Assembly: GCA_002725925.1 (NCBI GenBank)
Contig: PBRL01000068.1
Coordinates: 1-32,760, forward strand
From: Chloroflexota bacterium
Lineage (GTDB): Bacteria; Chloroflexota; Dehalococcoidia; Lucifugimonadales; Lucifugimonadaceae
Length of the DNA: 32,760 nucleotides
Direction: 5' to 3'
The notes beneath the pieces are model-generated. The model did no database searches. It was not told the DNA's origin and worked only from the letters and a program-made list of their open reading frames with translations. Numbering within the stretch: position 1 is the stretch's first letter; each line of letters opens with the position of its first letter. The position numbers and the translations under genes are program-made. This document shows, piece by piece, positions 1 to 9,863 of the stretch.

Positions 1-2
1 AG

Positions 3-413
3 GAGCTAAAACGCGTCTTTGATGTGAATACAATTGGATCTTTAAGGGTTAGTGCGGCTTTTATAGGCAATGTGATAGCTAGTGATCAAAAGAAAATTAT
101 CAGCCTTGGAGGTGGCATGGGAACCCTAACGATTGGTAGTATGTTTGGGGGGCATTATTTTATGAAAATGAGCAAGGCTGCTCATTTGAGCGCAATGGGA
201 ACACTGCAAGCAGATCTTGATGATACAGGCATTATTGTTACCATGATTTCACCAGGCCGCGTCGATACCCAACTAATGCGTGATTCGGGCTGGACCGGAA
301 AAGCAATCAGCGCCGAGAAGAGCGCAGGCCTGGTTATGGCTTTGATCGCAAGACTAGAGCCAGAAATGAAGGGTAGGTTGGTTATGTATAATGGAACGAT
401 CATTCCATGGTAA
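3..413 (+). CDS. Short-chain dehydrogenase/reductase (CsgA/C-factor-like), C-terminal part; 5' end lies outside the window
   Basis: Frame is open from the window edge (ELKRVFDVNTIGSLRV). SDR C-terminal motifs SKAA, GIIVTMISPGRVDTQL and YNGTIIPW are present. Confidence 0.8.
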   Translation, partial: ELKRVFDVNTIGSLRVSAAFIGNVIASDQKKIISLGGGMGTLTIGSMFGGHYFMKMSKAAHLSAMGTLQADLDDTGIIVTMISPGRVDTQLMRDSGWTGKAISAEKSAGLVMALIARLEPEMKGRLVMYNGTIIPW

Positions 414-808
414 AAACGAAAAAAAAAGAAAAGATTAGTGACGGCTTGGTAGAAGAGTTCTACAACAATGGCCAACTAAAAAGAAGAGGCAATAGAAAAA
501 ACGGAAAAGAAAACGGTCTCTGGGAAGCATTCTATGAACACGGTCAGTTGTCACAAAGAGGAAGACTTATAGAGGGGAAACAAGAAGGACCCTTTGAATA
601 CTATTATAATTATGGCCAATTATTTAATAGAGGAAGCTTCAAAAATGACGAACAAGAAGGTCTCTGGGAATATTTTGATGAAGAAGGACGCTTATCTTAT
701 AGGAGAAACTACAAAAAGGGGATAAAACAGGGCATTTGGGAAGAGTTTGACGAAGGTGGAACCCTAACCAGAACCGAAGAGTATAAAGACGGGGTTCTGC
801 AAAAATAG
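407..808 (+). CDS. MORN-variant repeat protein (YwqK-like), 5 units of 24 aa, no signal peptide
   Basis: Repeating G-x-W/F-E-x-F/Y-Y-x-x-G-Q-L unit. Gly codons at 470, 542, 614, 686 and 758 give a 72-bp period. Confidence 0.85.
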   Translation: MVKTKKKEKISDGLVEEFYNNGQLKRRGNRKNGKENGLWEAFYEHGQLSQRGRLIEGKQEGPFEYYYNYGQLFNRGSFKNDEQEGLWEYFDEEGRLSYRRNYKKGIKQGIWEEFDEGGTLTRTEEYKDGVLQK

Positions 809-919
809 ACAAAGTTGTCACTGCAATTATCGGGGTCGTTATAGATCTTAAAGGACTGGTTGCCGTATAGTTATAAAGCAGTTATTGGGGCTTAAAACTC
901 GGTAGCAATCTTAGCAAGG

Positions 920-936
920 TGCCCACTATTGAGACA
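920..936. promoter_or_regulatory. 17-bp IclR-type operator candidate TGCCCACTATTGAGACA
   Basis: 16/17 identical to 18622-18638; intergenic, upstream of TBDR1. Confidence 0.7.
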
Positions 937-991
937 TAAAGTAGGTTCTAGTTGTCTGTTGTCTTTTCTCTACCTATCTTTGTATTGATAA

Positions 992-1007
992 TTGAATACG
1001 CGTGCAA
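992..1007. promoter_or_regulatory. 16-bp LacI-type operator candidate TTGAATACGCGTGCAA
   Basis: 14/16 identical to 30987-31002, central CG, 34 bp upstream of the TBDR1 ATG. Confidence 0.75.
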
Positions 1008-1041
1008 CAGGTTTTAATTATATTTAAAAAAGGGAAGAATT

Positions 1042-3411
1042 ATGAAACTAATCCAAAAATTAACTGCGCTATCTCTAATGATAGCTATAGCGTCATTTGC
1101 TTTACCGCCTAATCTTTATGCTCAAGACGGAGCTTTGGCGATTGAAGAAATTATTGTTACTTCTCGTAAAAGAGAGGAAACCTTGATGGAAGCACCTGTC
1201 ACTGTTACAGCTTTTGGTTCACAAGCAATTGAAGAAATGGCACTTGATGAATTACCAGACTTCGTTAACTTCACGCCAGGCTTTCATTACTCCGAACATT
1301 CTGTGGGTAGAGGTGGTCGGTTTAATCGACGTTTACTCTTTAGAGGTATGAATCCACGAACCGATCGACAAACACGGCAAGGCGCCACAGTCTTTATTGA
1401 CGGCGCTCCAATTCTGGGTTCAGAGATTGGTAGTACTGATAATTATGAACGAATAGAAATTATTAAAGGACCTCAAAGTGCTTACTTTGGACGTTCAACT
1501 TTCTCTGGTGCTATCAATGCTGTAACTAAAACTCCAGGCGATGAATGGAAAAGGAGGATTAGTGTTGAGGCTGCTAAATTTGGAACCACGAATATTTCAG
1601 GTCAAATAGAAGGACCAATAAGCGATACTCTGTCAATGCGATTAAGCGCTCGAAGTTATGATACTGATGGTGAATTTGATAATGCTAGCGATCCGGGTAC
1701 GACTCTAGGAGCAGAATCCACAACTGACGTTTCCTTGTCTTTATTTGCTCAACCTAGTGATAAATTATCAGTAAAACTTCGCTTACACTCCTGGGTTGAT
1801 GATGACGGCCCTTCAGTTGGTGTTTTTGTTACTAACCCTGAACACCCAGGACTGTTTAACTGTAGTCCTGGCGGCTCTCCTGCCGGAGGCGGTGGTATGT
1901 GGGTTTGTGGCGATGTCCCATTCTTAGGCACTTCTCTGGTTGGAATGGATACAATTTTAACTTCTACATTGCAGGAGAAATATTTTAGTTCGGCGATGGT
2001 TGATTCATATGATCGCGTATTTCAACCAAAACATTCTATGGGATTAGAGAGACACGCTCAGGAAGCTAGTTTAGTCATAGACTACGAGATGGATAATGGA
2101 ATGACGCTATCAGCTCGTACTGCTGCTCATAAGAATGAATATAGTAGTTTAGAGGATTTTGATCGCCGAGTTACCGCTGGCAAGTTAGGCAACTATTTGG
2201 GGTTTATGGCATCAGCTGACACCTATAACATGAGCCTAACCAAGAACAAGGATTCTAGCAGTGAGATTAGACTGACGTCTGCTGCTGATAGCCGAATAAA
2301 TTGGATGGTTGGCGCTAGTTACACTTCGATTGAAGCTAGATTAGTAGGTTATAGTATTCTCTGGGGTGGATCACCTAACCCTAACCAGAGTATCAGCACT
2401 TTTGATCCAGAGACCAGGGCTATATTTGCCTCAGTTGGTTATGATATCAGCGATACTTTATCATTAAGTGTTGAAGCACGCAGGCAAGAGGATAAGGTCA
2501 TTGAAGGCACTGTTGGTAGCGAACCACTGCAGAATACATTTAAAAGCACCACACCTCGTGTTATCTTGGATTACAAGCCCAGAGAAGGCACAACTTTTTA
2601 TGCTATTTATGCGGAAGGCGTTAACCCAGGTCAGTTTAATGCTGGTCTATTGAATAGAACTCAGGCTGAATTGGATCAGATAGCTTCACAAGGCGGTGGT
2701 GGAATCAGTGTAGATGAAGAAGAAATCACCAATATAGAGTTTGGAGTTAAGACTCGATTTTTGGATGACCGCGCACAGATAACAGCGGCTGTATATTTCT
2801 CAGACTGGGAAAATGCTATCGCACCAGAGATTATACAGATTACCAATGCTGCCGGTAATGGTGAAAACATTCAAGTAAACTCTAATGGCGGTCAGGCAGA
2901 CCTCTCAGGTCTTGAGGTTGAGGGAACGTATTTACTGTCTGATAAGTGGACAATTGATATGACATATTCGTTGAATAAGTCAGAGATTAATGACTTTGAA
3001 AGCCCTGATGCAAACAACCTTTTTGGAAGTCGAACCATTGATGGAATGGGCAATAGTTTTTCTCGTTATCCAGAGAAAAGCAGTACATTATCAGCGATCT
3101 ACGCAGATACTTTGGCGTCTGGGCGTAACCTTTTTGCAAGAGCTGACTATATTCGTCAGGGCAAAACGTGGATGACTAATGCTAACGTTACCAGCACTCC
3201 TGCTTACTCAATATTTAATCTAAGAGTGGGTGTGGAGTCTGATTTATGGCGGGTTGAAGTTTATGCAAACAACTTGTTTGATAAAGAAGGTTACTCCAAT
3301 CTTCAGCTTTTCCCTGATCTATCAGGTCTAAGTGGTCCTTTCATTAGAGGATTCATGGCTGGAATGATTCAGCAGAGGTCATATGGAATTCGTACTACGT
3401 TTGATTTCTAA
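1042..3411 (+). CDS. TonB-dependent outer-membrane receptor (TBDR1)
   Basis: Signal peptide, TonB-box region IEEIIVTSRKREE, plug motif ERIEIIKGPQSAYFGRSTFSGAIN, C-terminal Phe. Confidence 0.96.
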   Translation: MKLIQKLTALSLMIAIASFALPPNLYAQDGALAIEEIIVTSRKREETLMEAPVTVTAFGSQAIEEMALDELPDFVNFTPGFHYSEHSVGRGGRFNRRLLFRGMNPRTDRQTRQGATVFIDGAPILGSEIGSTDNYERIEIIKGPQSAYFGRSTFSGAINAVTKTPGDEWKRRISVEAAKFGTTNISGQIEGPISDTLSMRLSARSYDTDGEFDNASDPGTTLGAESTTDVSLSLFAQPSDKLSVKLRLHSWVDDDGPSVGVFVTNPEHPGLFNCSPGGSPAGGGGMWVCGDVPFLGTSLVGMDTILTSTLQEKYFSSAMVDSYDRVFQPKHSMGLERHAQEASLVIDYEMDNGMTLSARTAAHKNEYSSLEDFDRRVTAGKLGNYLGFMASADTYNMSLTKNKDSSSEIRLTSAADSRINWMVGASYTSIEARLVGYSILWGGSPNPNQSISTFDPETRAIFASVGYDISDTLSLSVEARRQEDKVIEGTVGSEPLQNTFKSTTPRVILDYKPREGTTFYAIYAEGVNPGQFNAGLLNRTQAELDQIASQGGGGISVDEEEITNIEFGVKTRFLDDRAQITAAVYFSDWENAIAPEIIQITNAAGNGENIQVNSNGGQADLSGLEVEGTYLLSDKWTIDMTYSLNKSEINDFESPDANNLFGSRTIDGMGNSFSRYPEKSSTLSAIYADTLASGRNLFARADYIRQGKTWMTNANVTSTPAYSIFNLRVGVESDLWRVEVYANNLFDKEGYSNLQLFPDLSGLSGPFIRGFMAGMIQQRSYGIRTTFDF

Positions 3412-3417
3412 CTTCGC

Positions 3418-3450
3418 AAGGGCGCATCATCATTCCCCTGGTGTGCCCTT
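3418..3450 (+). terminator. Stem-loop after TBDR1 (terminator or mRNA-stabilising hairpin)
   Basis: AAGGGCGCATCA-9 nt-TGGTGTGCCCTT: a 12-bp stem with two G:U pairs and only a weak U tail. Confidence 0.6.
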
Positions 3451-3564
3451 ATTGATTAGCCAGTCAGTCTAATATTCTAGAAATCGATAGATTTCTTAGG
3501 GGGTGGTTCTGTTGAACTGTGGTTAAAAGGATCCTGTAAAAAATTTTAATTAAAAAAACTCTAT

Positions 3565-4257
3565 ATGAAACACCGTAGTTACAAAGGTAAACTTCTTTAT
3601 CTCACCGATGGTCAAGGTGAGATGGGCCGAGAGACATTTCACGTAACCATTCAACCCGACGGCACGCGCACTATGCGTGCAACCTGTGAAATGGATGATG
3701 ACCGTCTAATTCGTGATGTGATTCTTACTGTCAATAAGGAGTGGTATCCGTTGGATGCATTCGTCCGCCTAAGCATAGAAGAAAAACTCGTTGGCAGCAC
3801 ATGGTATTGTTTCACAGATCACTCAGCCGAATGTGAAGGGTTTACTGCAAAGGAAGGCCGCTTTACTGAGCATTTTGATTCGGAAAATCGAATCCGATTT
3901 TTTGGGGCTCATCCGCTCCACGGTGACGCATGGGGCTTGGCTATATGGAAACGAGACAAAGACAAGGACTCCTCTGAACTTGGAATGTGTTTCGCTTCTT
4001 CTCATCTGCCGAATGGCGGCTCTGGCCCTAAGCTTGAGCCAGCAGACAATTCATTCACACAGCATAAATATATCGGCATGGAAGAGATCACCGTCCCAGC
4101 CGGTACTTTTCAGACAGAACATTTTCAGTTCCTTGTGGATGGTTATCCGCCTATTGATATCTGGGCTATTGGTGAAGACTACGTGCCAGCACGACTTCGA
4201 TGGGACTATCTTAAACAAACATATACCTTGGTCACGCTGAGTGGCGACATTCAATAG
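3565..4257 (+). CDS. Uncharacterised cytoplasmic beta-rich protein (C-terminal DUF3108-like motif)
   Basis: 230-aa ORF in operon position with an EEITVPAGTF motif; no signal peptide. Confidence 0.7.
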   Translation: MKHRSYKGKLLYLTDGQGEMGRETFHVTIQPDGTRTMRATCEMDDDRLIRDVILTVNKEWYPLDAFVRLSIEEKLVGSTWYCFTDHSAECEGFTAKEGRFTEHFDSENRIRFFGAHPLHGDAWGLAIWKRDKDKDSSELGMCFASSHLPNGGSGPKLEPADNSFTQHKYIGMEEITVPAGTFQTEHFQFLVDGYPPIDIWAIGEDYVPARLRWDYLKQTYTLVTLSGDIQ

Positions 4258-4375
4258 TAAACAAATACTGCATGCCACTATTTATTGTTACACAGTTAAT
4301 GGGTTTCGAGTTGTTGCTCTGTTACTTTCCAGAATACTTTCTTTTAGAGGTATATAAGTTGAGTTAGGAAATATT

Positions 4376-6028
4376 ATGACTAAAATCAAACAATTCTCAG
4401 CTTTACAGGTCGGCATTGTCTGGCAACGTTTAAGTGGTCTTTTAGACGAAACTGCTCATGTATTTGTTCGAACCTCTTTCTCATCTGTGGTACGTGATAA
4501 TTGGGATTTTGCCGTTTGCCTGATGGATTCTAAAGGTAGATTGTTTGCTCAGTCTTCTCGCAGTATCCCTTCGTTTATAGGCTCTATGCCTCGCACTCTA
4601 AAGATTATATTGAAACGCTTTCCTAAAGAGTCCCTAAGTCCTGGTGATGTGGTGATATCCAATGACGCCTACCACGGTACAGGCCATCTCAATGATATTA
4701 CAATGATTCGCCCCATTTTCCGCGATGGAAAGTTGATCGCTTTTATAGGGAGTGTGTTTCATAGTGTTGATATCGGTGGAGCACCATCCGTTACAGCCAG
4801 GGATTCTTTTGAAGAAGGGTTGACTATACCTGTTTCAAAAATATTGGTTAAAGGCGTCAGAAACGAGGACGTGATTGCCTTTATGATGGAGAATCTTAGG
4901 GCTCCTGAGGAAACATTTGGTGATATTGGCGCTCAATTTTCTGCCTATGAGATAGGTATCCAAAGACTAATAAAAATCCTAGATGATGAACAAATCGATG
5001 ATTTAGATATGTTAGTAGAAGAAATTCTTGGACGATCTGAGACTGCCATGCGCAATGCTATAGCCGCTGTTCCTGATGGAATGTACAGCGATGAAATTAT
5101 GCTGGATGGATTTGAAGAACCCTTAAAAATTCGCTGTGAAGTATGTATTTCCGGAAGTGATCTCAGCGTGGATTTCTCTGGTACATCTGAGCAGATTAAC
5201 CGGCCGGTGAATTCAGTTCTAAATTATACCGTGGCTTACTCGGCCTACGCCATTAAATGTGCTTTCAACCCCAACACACCTAATAACGAAGGATCCTTCC
5301 GACCAATTACTATTACCGCACCGGAAGGCTCTTTACTAAATCCATTGAGACCTGCACCTGTATGGGCTAGGCATTTGACTGGGCATTATTTACCGCCGGT
5401 TATTTTTAGCGCCCTCGCTAAATTGATACCTGATCGCATTATTGCAGATTGTGGTTCGCCAGTATGGAATGTCTATTTTGCAGGAAAATTGGACGATGGT
5501 CAGCGGTTTATAAAAATGTTTTTTATGAATGGCGGCCATGGTGCCCGTCCTCATGAAGATGGCCCACCCTGTCTGAGTTTTCCGAGTAATATTGCGACAG
5601 TTCCAGTGGAGCAATTTGAGAATAGTGTTCCTATTTTGATTACTGAAAAAAGTTTAATTCCAGATTCTGGAGGTGCAGGTGAATTTCGAGGTGGTCAATC
5701 TCAACGCCTTTCTTTCAAAATGATCTCTAAAGATCCAGTAACAATGACCATTCGCCATGAGCGAGTTAAATATCCTCCAAGAGGCTTATTGGGTGGCAGA
5801 GCTGGTTCCCCTGGTTGCGATTATGTCAATGGGGAGCGTATTCCTGCCAAGAGTCGTATGGACTTAAAAAACAATGATGTGGTCACCTTCGACACAGCAG
5901 GTGGTGGAGGTATAGGTTCTCCGGAAAAGCGCTCTGAAGAGAAAATCATTCAAGATTTAGAGTCTGGTGCGGTAACAAAAGAAGCTGCGGAGCGTGATTA
6001 TGCTTATAAAACGAAGGAGAGCCTTTAG
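4376..6028 (+). CDS. hyuB: Hydantoinase B / 5-oxoprolinase family metal-binding subunit
   Basis: RTSFSSVVRD, NDAYHGTGHLND, HSVDIGG, DSGGAGEFRGG and TAGGGGIG motifs. Confidence 0.93.
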   Translation: MTKIKQFSALQVGIVWQRLSGLLDETAHVFVRTSFSSVVRDNWDFAVCLMDSKGRLFAQSSRSIPSFIGSMPRTLKIILKRFPKESLSPGDVVISNDAYHGTGHLNDITMIRPIFRDGKLIAFIGSVFHSVDIGGAPSVTARDSFEEGLTIPVSKILVKGVRNEDVIAFMMENLRAPEETFGDIGAQFSAYEIGIQRLIKILDDEQIDDLDMLVEEILGRSETAMRNAIAAVPDGMYSDEIMLDGFEEPLKIRCEVCISGSDLSVDFSGTSEQINRPVNSVLNYTVAYSAYAIKCAFNPNTPNNEGSFRPITITAPEGSLLNPLRPAPVWARHLTGHYLPPVIFSALAKLIPDRIIADCGSPVWNVYFAGKLDDGQRFIKMFFMNGGHGARPHEDGPPCLSFPSNIATVPVEQFENSVPILITEKSLIPDSGGAGEFRGGQSQRLSFKMISKDPVTMTIRHERVKYPPRGLLGGRAGSPGCDYVNGERIPAKSRMDLKNNDVVTFDTAGGGGIGSPEKRSEEKIIQDLESGAVTKEAAERDYAYKTKESL

Positions 6029-8149
6029 ATGTCTGATGGGTACCGATTGGGAGTTGACATAGGCGGCACGTTTACCGACTTAGTTATGGTTGATTTGCAC
6101 AATGGAAAGCTCCTTGATGAGAAGGTATTGACCACTCCAGACGATCCCTCTCTGGGGGTCATTGAAGGAGTGAAAAAAATCCTTGAGGCTAACAATATTC
6201 ACGCTTCAAAGTTGAAGCATATTATTCATGGCACCACGTTGGTTGCCAATGCCATTATTGAGCGCCGCGGCTCCAAGGTGGCCTTAATAACCTCACAGGG
6301 ATTTCGTGATATACAAGAGATGGGCACGGAGTCACGTTACGATACTTATGATTTATTTATGAAAATGCCAGCACCATTAGTGACTCGCCGCTGGCGCTTC
6401 GAGGTTCCCGAGCGAATTGGCCCTGATGGACAGGTTATAACAATATTAGATGAATCTAAGGTCATTGATGTGGCACGGGCTATTGCCTCTAGTGATGTTG
6501 ACGCTGTCGCTGTTTCTTTGCTTCATAGCTATCAAAATCCAAATCATGAAAGGCGCATTCGCGAGATTTTGCAACATGAGTCACCAGATATTATTGTTTG
6601 CATCTCTAGTGATATCATGCCGGAAATTGGCGAGTACGAGCGTACCTCCACTACCATCTGTAATGCCTATGTGTTGCCAACTTTTACCCGTTACTTGGCA
6701 CGATTAACCAACCGTTTTCACAAAATGGGTGTCAATAAAGACCTATATTTAATGCTTTCTGATGGTGGAACGGTACACGAATCAACAGCAGCAATTTATC
6801 CAATTAGGTTGGTTCAGTCAGGTCCGGCTGGAGGAGCGCAAGCAGCTGTTGCGATTAACAAAATTACTGATAATAAGGATAATCAGGGCAATATTCTTTG
6901 TTTCGATATGGGCGGCACGACAGCAAAAGCTTGCCTGGTGGAAGATGGAAAGCCTATGCATGCGAATGAATTTGAAGTTGCACGGATTTTTAGAGGCAAA
7001 AAAGGCAGTGGTATACCACTCAAAATTCCTGTAATAGAGATGATAGAAATTGGTGCGGGCGGAGGCTCCATTGCACGTTTAGATAATTTAGGCCTCATTC
7101 AGGTAGGTCCAGAAAGTGCTGGTGCTGACCCTGGTCCTGCTTGTTACGGCTTAGGTGGGCAAAAGGCTACAGTCACCGATGCTGATCTTATTCTTGGTTA
7201 CCTTGCTGCGGATAACTTTTTGGGTGGTGATATACAGCTTGATATTGAAGCATCAAAAACAGCGGTTAAAAACACTATTGCAAAACCCCTAGGCCTATCG
7301 GTAGTTGATGCAGCTTGGGCTATACATGAGACGGTCAATGAGAGTATGGGACAGGCTGCAGCCATTCATGCTCTTGAAAAAGCTAAACGCATTACTGACT
7401 ACTCAATGATTCCTATTGGTGGCGCGGGTCCGGTGCACGCCTGCAATATTGCGCTCAAACTGAATTTATCACTACTTATTTGCCCTCCAAGCGCTGGTGT
7501 TGCGTCTGCTTTAGGTTTTCTTGTGTCTCCCACCTCCTTTACAACTCTGCAAGGCGGTGTGATTCCTTTGAGTCGACTGAATTTTGAAGCTGTAAATAGA
7601 CAAATTTTGAGCATGGAGGAACAAGGCCGGAAGTTAAATACAGAGGCAAGAGAGAGCACAGGTGGAGTCAATGTCGAGATTCTTGCCTCCATGCGCTATA
7701 TTGGTCAGGGTTATAACGTAGAAGTCGGAATTTCTAAAAAAGTATTAATATCGAAAAATATTGCTGCAATACAACAACTGTTTGAAGCCGTTTATCTCAC
7801 TCAATTTGGACGAATAGAGCCCCATATGGCGGTTGAAATCGTGTCATGGCGTGTGGTGGTTTCAGGACCTACGCCGGAGATTGATTTAGCTGTAGCACGG
7901 ACTGGAGCGCACTCTGATGATTTTAGCAAAGGGCACAGGCGGATCTATTTTGGCCCCAAAACTGATTTTATCTCTACACCGGTTTATGAGCGGTCTAAGA
8001 TCGAGGTGGGACGTGAATTTGAAGGACCTGCTATCTTTGAAGAGCGTGAGTCCACGATTGTGGTGCCACCTGGATCGCATTCTTTCGTTGATAAAGCCTT
8101 AAATCTTATTATCAATCTGCCCGTCAAAAGTGGGACTGAATTAAGTTGA
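6029..8149 (+). CDS. hyuA: Hydantoinase A / 5-oxoprolinase family ATP-binding subunit
   Basis: GVDIGGTFTD, HGTTLVAN, EYERTST, SGPAGG, DMGGTT, IGAGGGS and GPESAGADPGPACY motifs; abuts hyuB. Confidence 0.94.
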   Translation: MSDGYRLGVDIGGTFTDLVMVDLHNGKLLDEKVLTTPDDPSLGVIEGVKKILEANNIHASKLKHIIHGTTLVANAIIERRGSKVALITSQGFRDIQEMGTESRYDTYDLFMKMPAPLVTRRWRFEVPERIGPDGQVITILDESKVIDVARAIASSDVDAVAVSLLHSYQNPNHERRIREILQHESPDIIVCISSDIMPEIGEYERTSTTICNAYVLPTFTRYLARLTNRFHKMGVNKDLYLMLSDGGTVHESTAAIYPIRLVQSGPAGGAQAAVAINKITDNKDNQGNILCFDMGGTTAKACLVEDGKPMHANEFEVARIFRGKKGSGIPLKIPVIEMIEIGAGGGSIARLDNLGLIQVGPESAGADPGPACYGLGGQKATVTDADLILGYLAADNFLGGDIQLDIEASKTAVKNTIAKPLGLSVVDAAWAIHETVNESMGQAAAIHALEKAKRITDYSMIPIGGAGPVHACNIALKLNLSLLICPPSAGVASALGFLVSPTSFTTLQGGVIPLSRLNFEAVNRQILSMEEQGRKLNTEARESTGGVNVEILASMRYIGQGYNVEVGISKKVLISKNIAAIQQLFEAVYLTQFGRIEPHMAVEIVSWRVVVSGPTPEIDLAVARTGAHSDDFSKGHRRIYFGPKTDFISTPVYERSKIEVGREFEGPAIFEERESTIVVPPGSHSFVDKALNLIINLPVKSGTELS

Positions 8150-9813
8150 TGATTGAGCAGCCTACTATTGAATCCAAAACCGTTGCTGAAATGCTAGCAC
8201 AAGCGTTTTATGATAATAATGTCACTCATATCTATGGGGTTCCTGGTGGTGGAAGCAGTTTACCCTTGATAGAAGCTGCCGCTCAACTGGGCATCAAATT
8301 TATACTCACTAGAACGGAGTGTGGGGCGATGATAATGGCCTCAGCAACGGCAGAACTGACTGGTTCCATAGGTGTTGCCTTAACAACCAAAGGTCCAGGG
8401 GTTGCTAGTGCCGCTAATGGCGTTGCTTGCGCATCGCTTGATCGTGCTCCTGTTGTTTTAGTGACTGATGGGTTTACTGAGCAACAGTCAAGTTTTATCA
8501 CTCATCAGTTTTTTGACCAAAAAGCTTTGTTAGCACCGGTTACTAAGGGCCATAGCAAGCTGGAAGGCAATCAGGTGATGAGCGAGATAAATAGACTTAT
8601 TAGTTTGGCTATGACTGCCCCCTGTGGTCCTGTGCATATTGAGTTAACCGGCGCTACAGCAAAGAAAGAGATGATAGAGCCACAGACTCAAGTGATAAGA
8701 TCAGATTATCATTCGGTTATAGATAATTTAGACGCTCTTAGTAATGCATATGAGCTCATTATTAAGGCTTCTCGGCCGTTGATTGTGGTTGGTTTAGAGG
8801 CGCGCAGTAGTGAGAATACAGAGATGACGCGCCAGTTAATTGATCGCAGTGGCTATCCGGTCTTAACCACTTATAAGGCGAAAGGCGTTATCTCCGACCA
8901 TCATCTGCAGTATGCAGGCATATTTACCGGCGGCATAGCGGAGTCAGTTTGCATATCTCAGGCAGACCTAATAATTTTAATTGGTGTAGACCCTGTGGAA
9001 TTTGTATTGCAAAAGTGGCGCTATGAGGTTCCGATTATTGACATTTCAGTGGTTGAATACCCTGTCCATTATATGAAACCAGATGTAGGTCTTTATGGTC
9101 CTATCAGTATTAATTTAAGTGCCCTGTTGGACAATATCTCAGTATGGAGTTCGGATTGGAAATTACATGCTATAGAGAGGTTACGCCACGACATGCATGA
9201 TGCCTTGCAATGCAAAGCAGACCAGGGCATAGGACCACAGGACATAGTTGAGGTTGCGCTGGAGTCTGCCTTGGCGACACAAGCTGTAAACCAACAGAAA
9301 AAACTGCCACTGATTACCGTTGACGCTGGTGCTCATATGTTTTCGGTGATGGCTTTCTGGTCCTGTGATCAGCCTTTTGATGCGCTCATATCAAATGGCC
9401 TAGCTACGATGGCGTACGCGTTGCCTGCGGCTATCGCTGCTGCTTTGAAAGCTCCTGATCGAATGGCTGTGGCTTTTACCGGTGATGGGGGCTTGCTAAT
9501 GTGTCTTGGTGAATTAAGCACTGCAGTTGAGCAGGCCGTGCCTATTATTGTTATTGTATTTAATGACCAGTCACTATCGTTAATAGATATCAAGCAACAA
9601 GCCTCAGGTTTACCAAGCCGAGGAATGCGCTGGGAGACACCAAACTTCAGTCAGGTCATGGAGGGTCTGGGCGGCCAAGGGTACCAAGTGAAAAACCTAC
9701 AGCAGTACCGAAAGGCGCTAGATGAGGCATTGGAGGCTGGCAAGCCTGCACTCATTGACGTATTGTTTAACCCAGAAGGATATGGTCCGCAATTAAAAGC
9801 ACTGCGAGGCTGA
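8149..9813 (+). CDS. Thiamine diphosphate-dependent enzyme (acetolactate synthase/decarboxylase fold)
   Basis: YGVPGG, catalytic Glu in TRTE, KGPG, and ThDP motif GDGG...VFND. The ATG overlaps the hyuA stop (TGATG). Confidence 0.92.
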   Translation: MIEQPTIESKTVAEMLAQAFYDNNVTHIYGVPGGGSSLPLIEAAAQLGIKFILTRTECGAMIMASATAELTGSIGVALTTKGPGVASAANGVACASLDRAPVVLVTDGFTEQQSSFITHQFFDQKALLAPVTKGHSKLEGNQVMSEINRLISLAMTAPCGPVHIELTGATAKKEMIEPQTQVIRSDYHSVIDNLDALSNAYELIIKASRPLIVVGLEARSSENTEMTRQLIDRSGYPVLTTYKAKGVISDHHLQYAGIFTGGIAESVCISQADLIILIGVDPVEFVLQKWRYEVPIIDISVVEYPVHYMKPDVGLYGPISINLSALLDNISVWSSDWKLHAIERLRHDMHDALQCKADQGIGPQDIVEVALESALATQAVNQQKKLPLITVDAGAHMFSVMAFWSCDQPFDALISNGLATMAYALPAAIAAALKAPDRMAVAFTGDGGLLMCLGELSTAVEQAVPIIVIVFNDQSLSLIDIKQQASGLPSRGMRWETPNFSQVMEGLGGQGYQVKNLQQYRKALDEALEAGKPALIDVLFNPEGYGPQLKALRG

Positions 9814-9863
9814 TAGAGAAATACAGACAATAGAAATAACCATGTTTTTAAGAGATAGAGATA

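Noticed and set aside
407-808. Toxin-antitoxin system (YwqJK-like)
   Set aside because: No recognisable toxin gene lies next to either MORN-variant gene.
809-1041. Cobalamin/TPP riboswitch or Fur box upstream of TBDR1
   Set aside because: I could not find the conserved riboswitch cores or a full Fur repeat; the region is better explained by the two operators.
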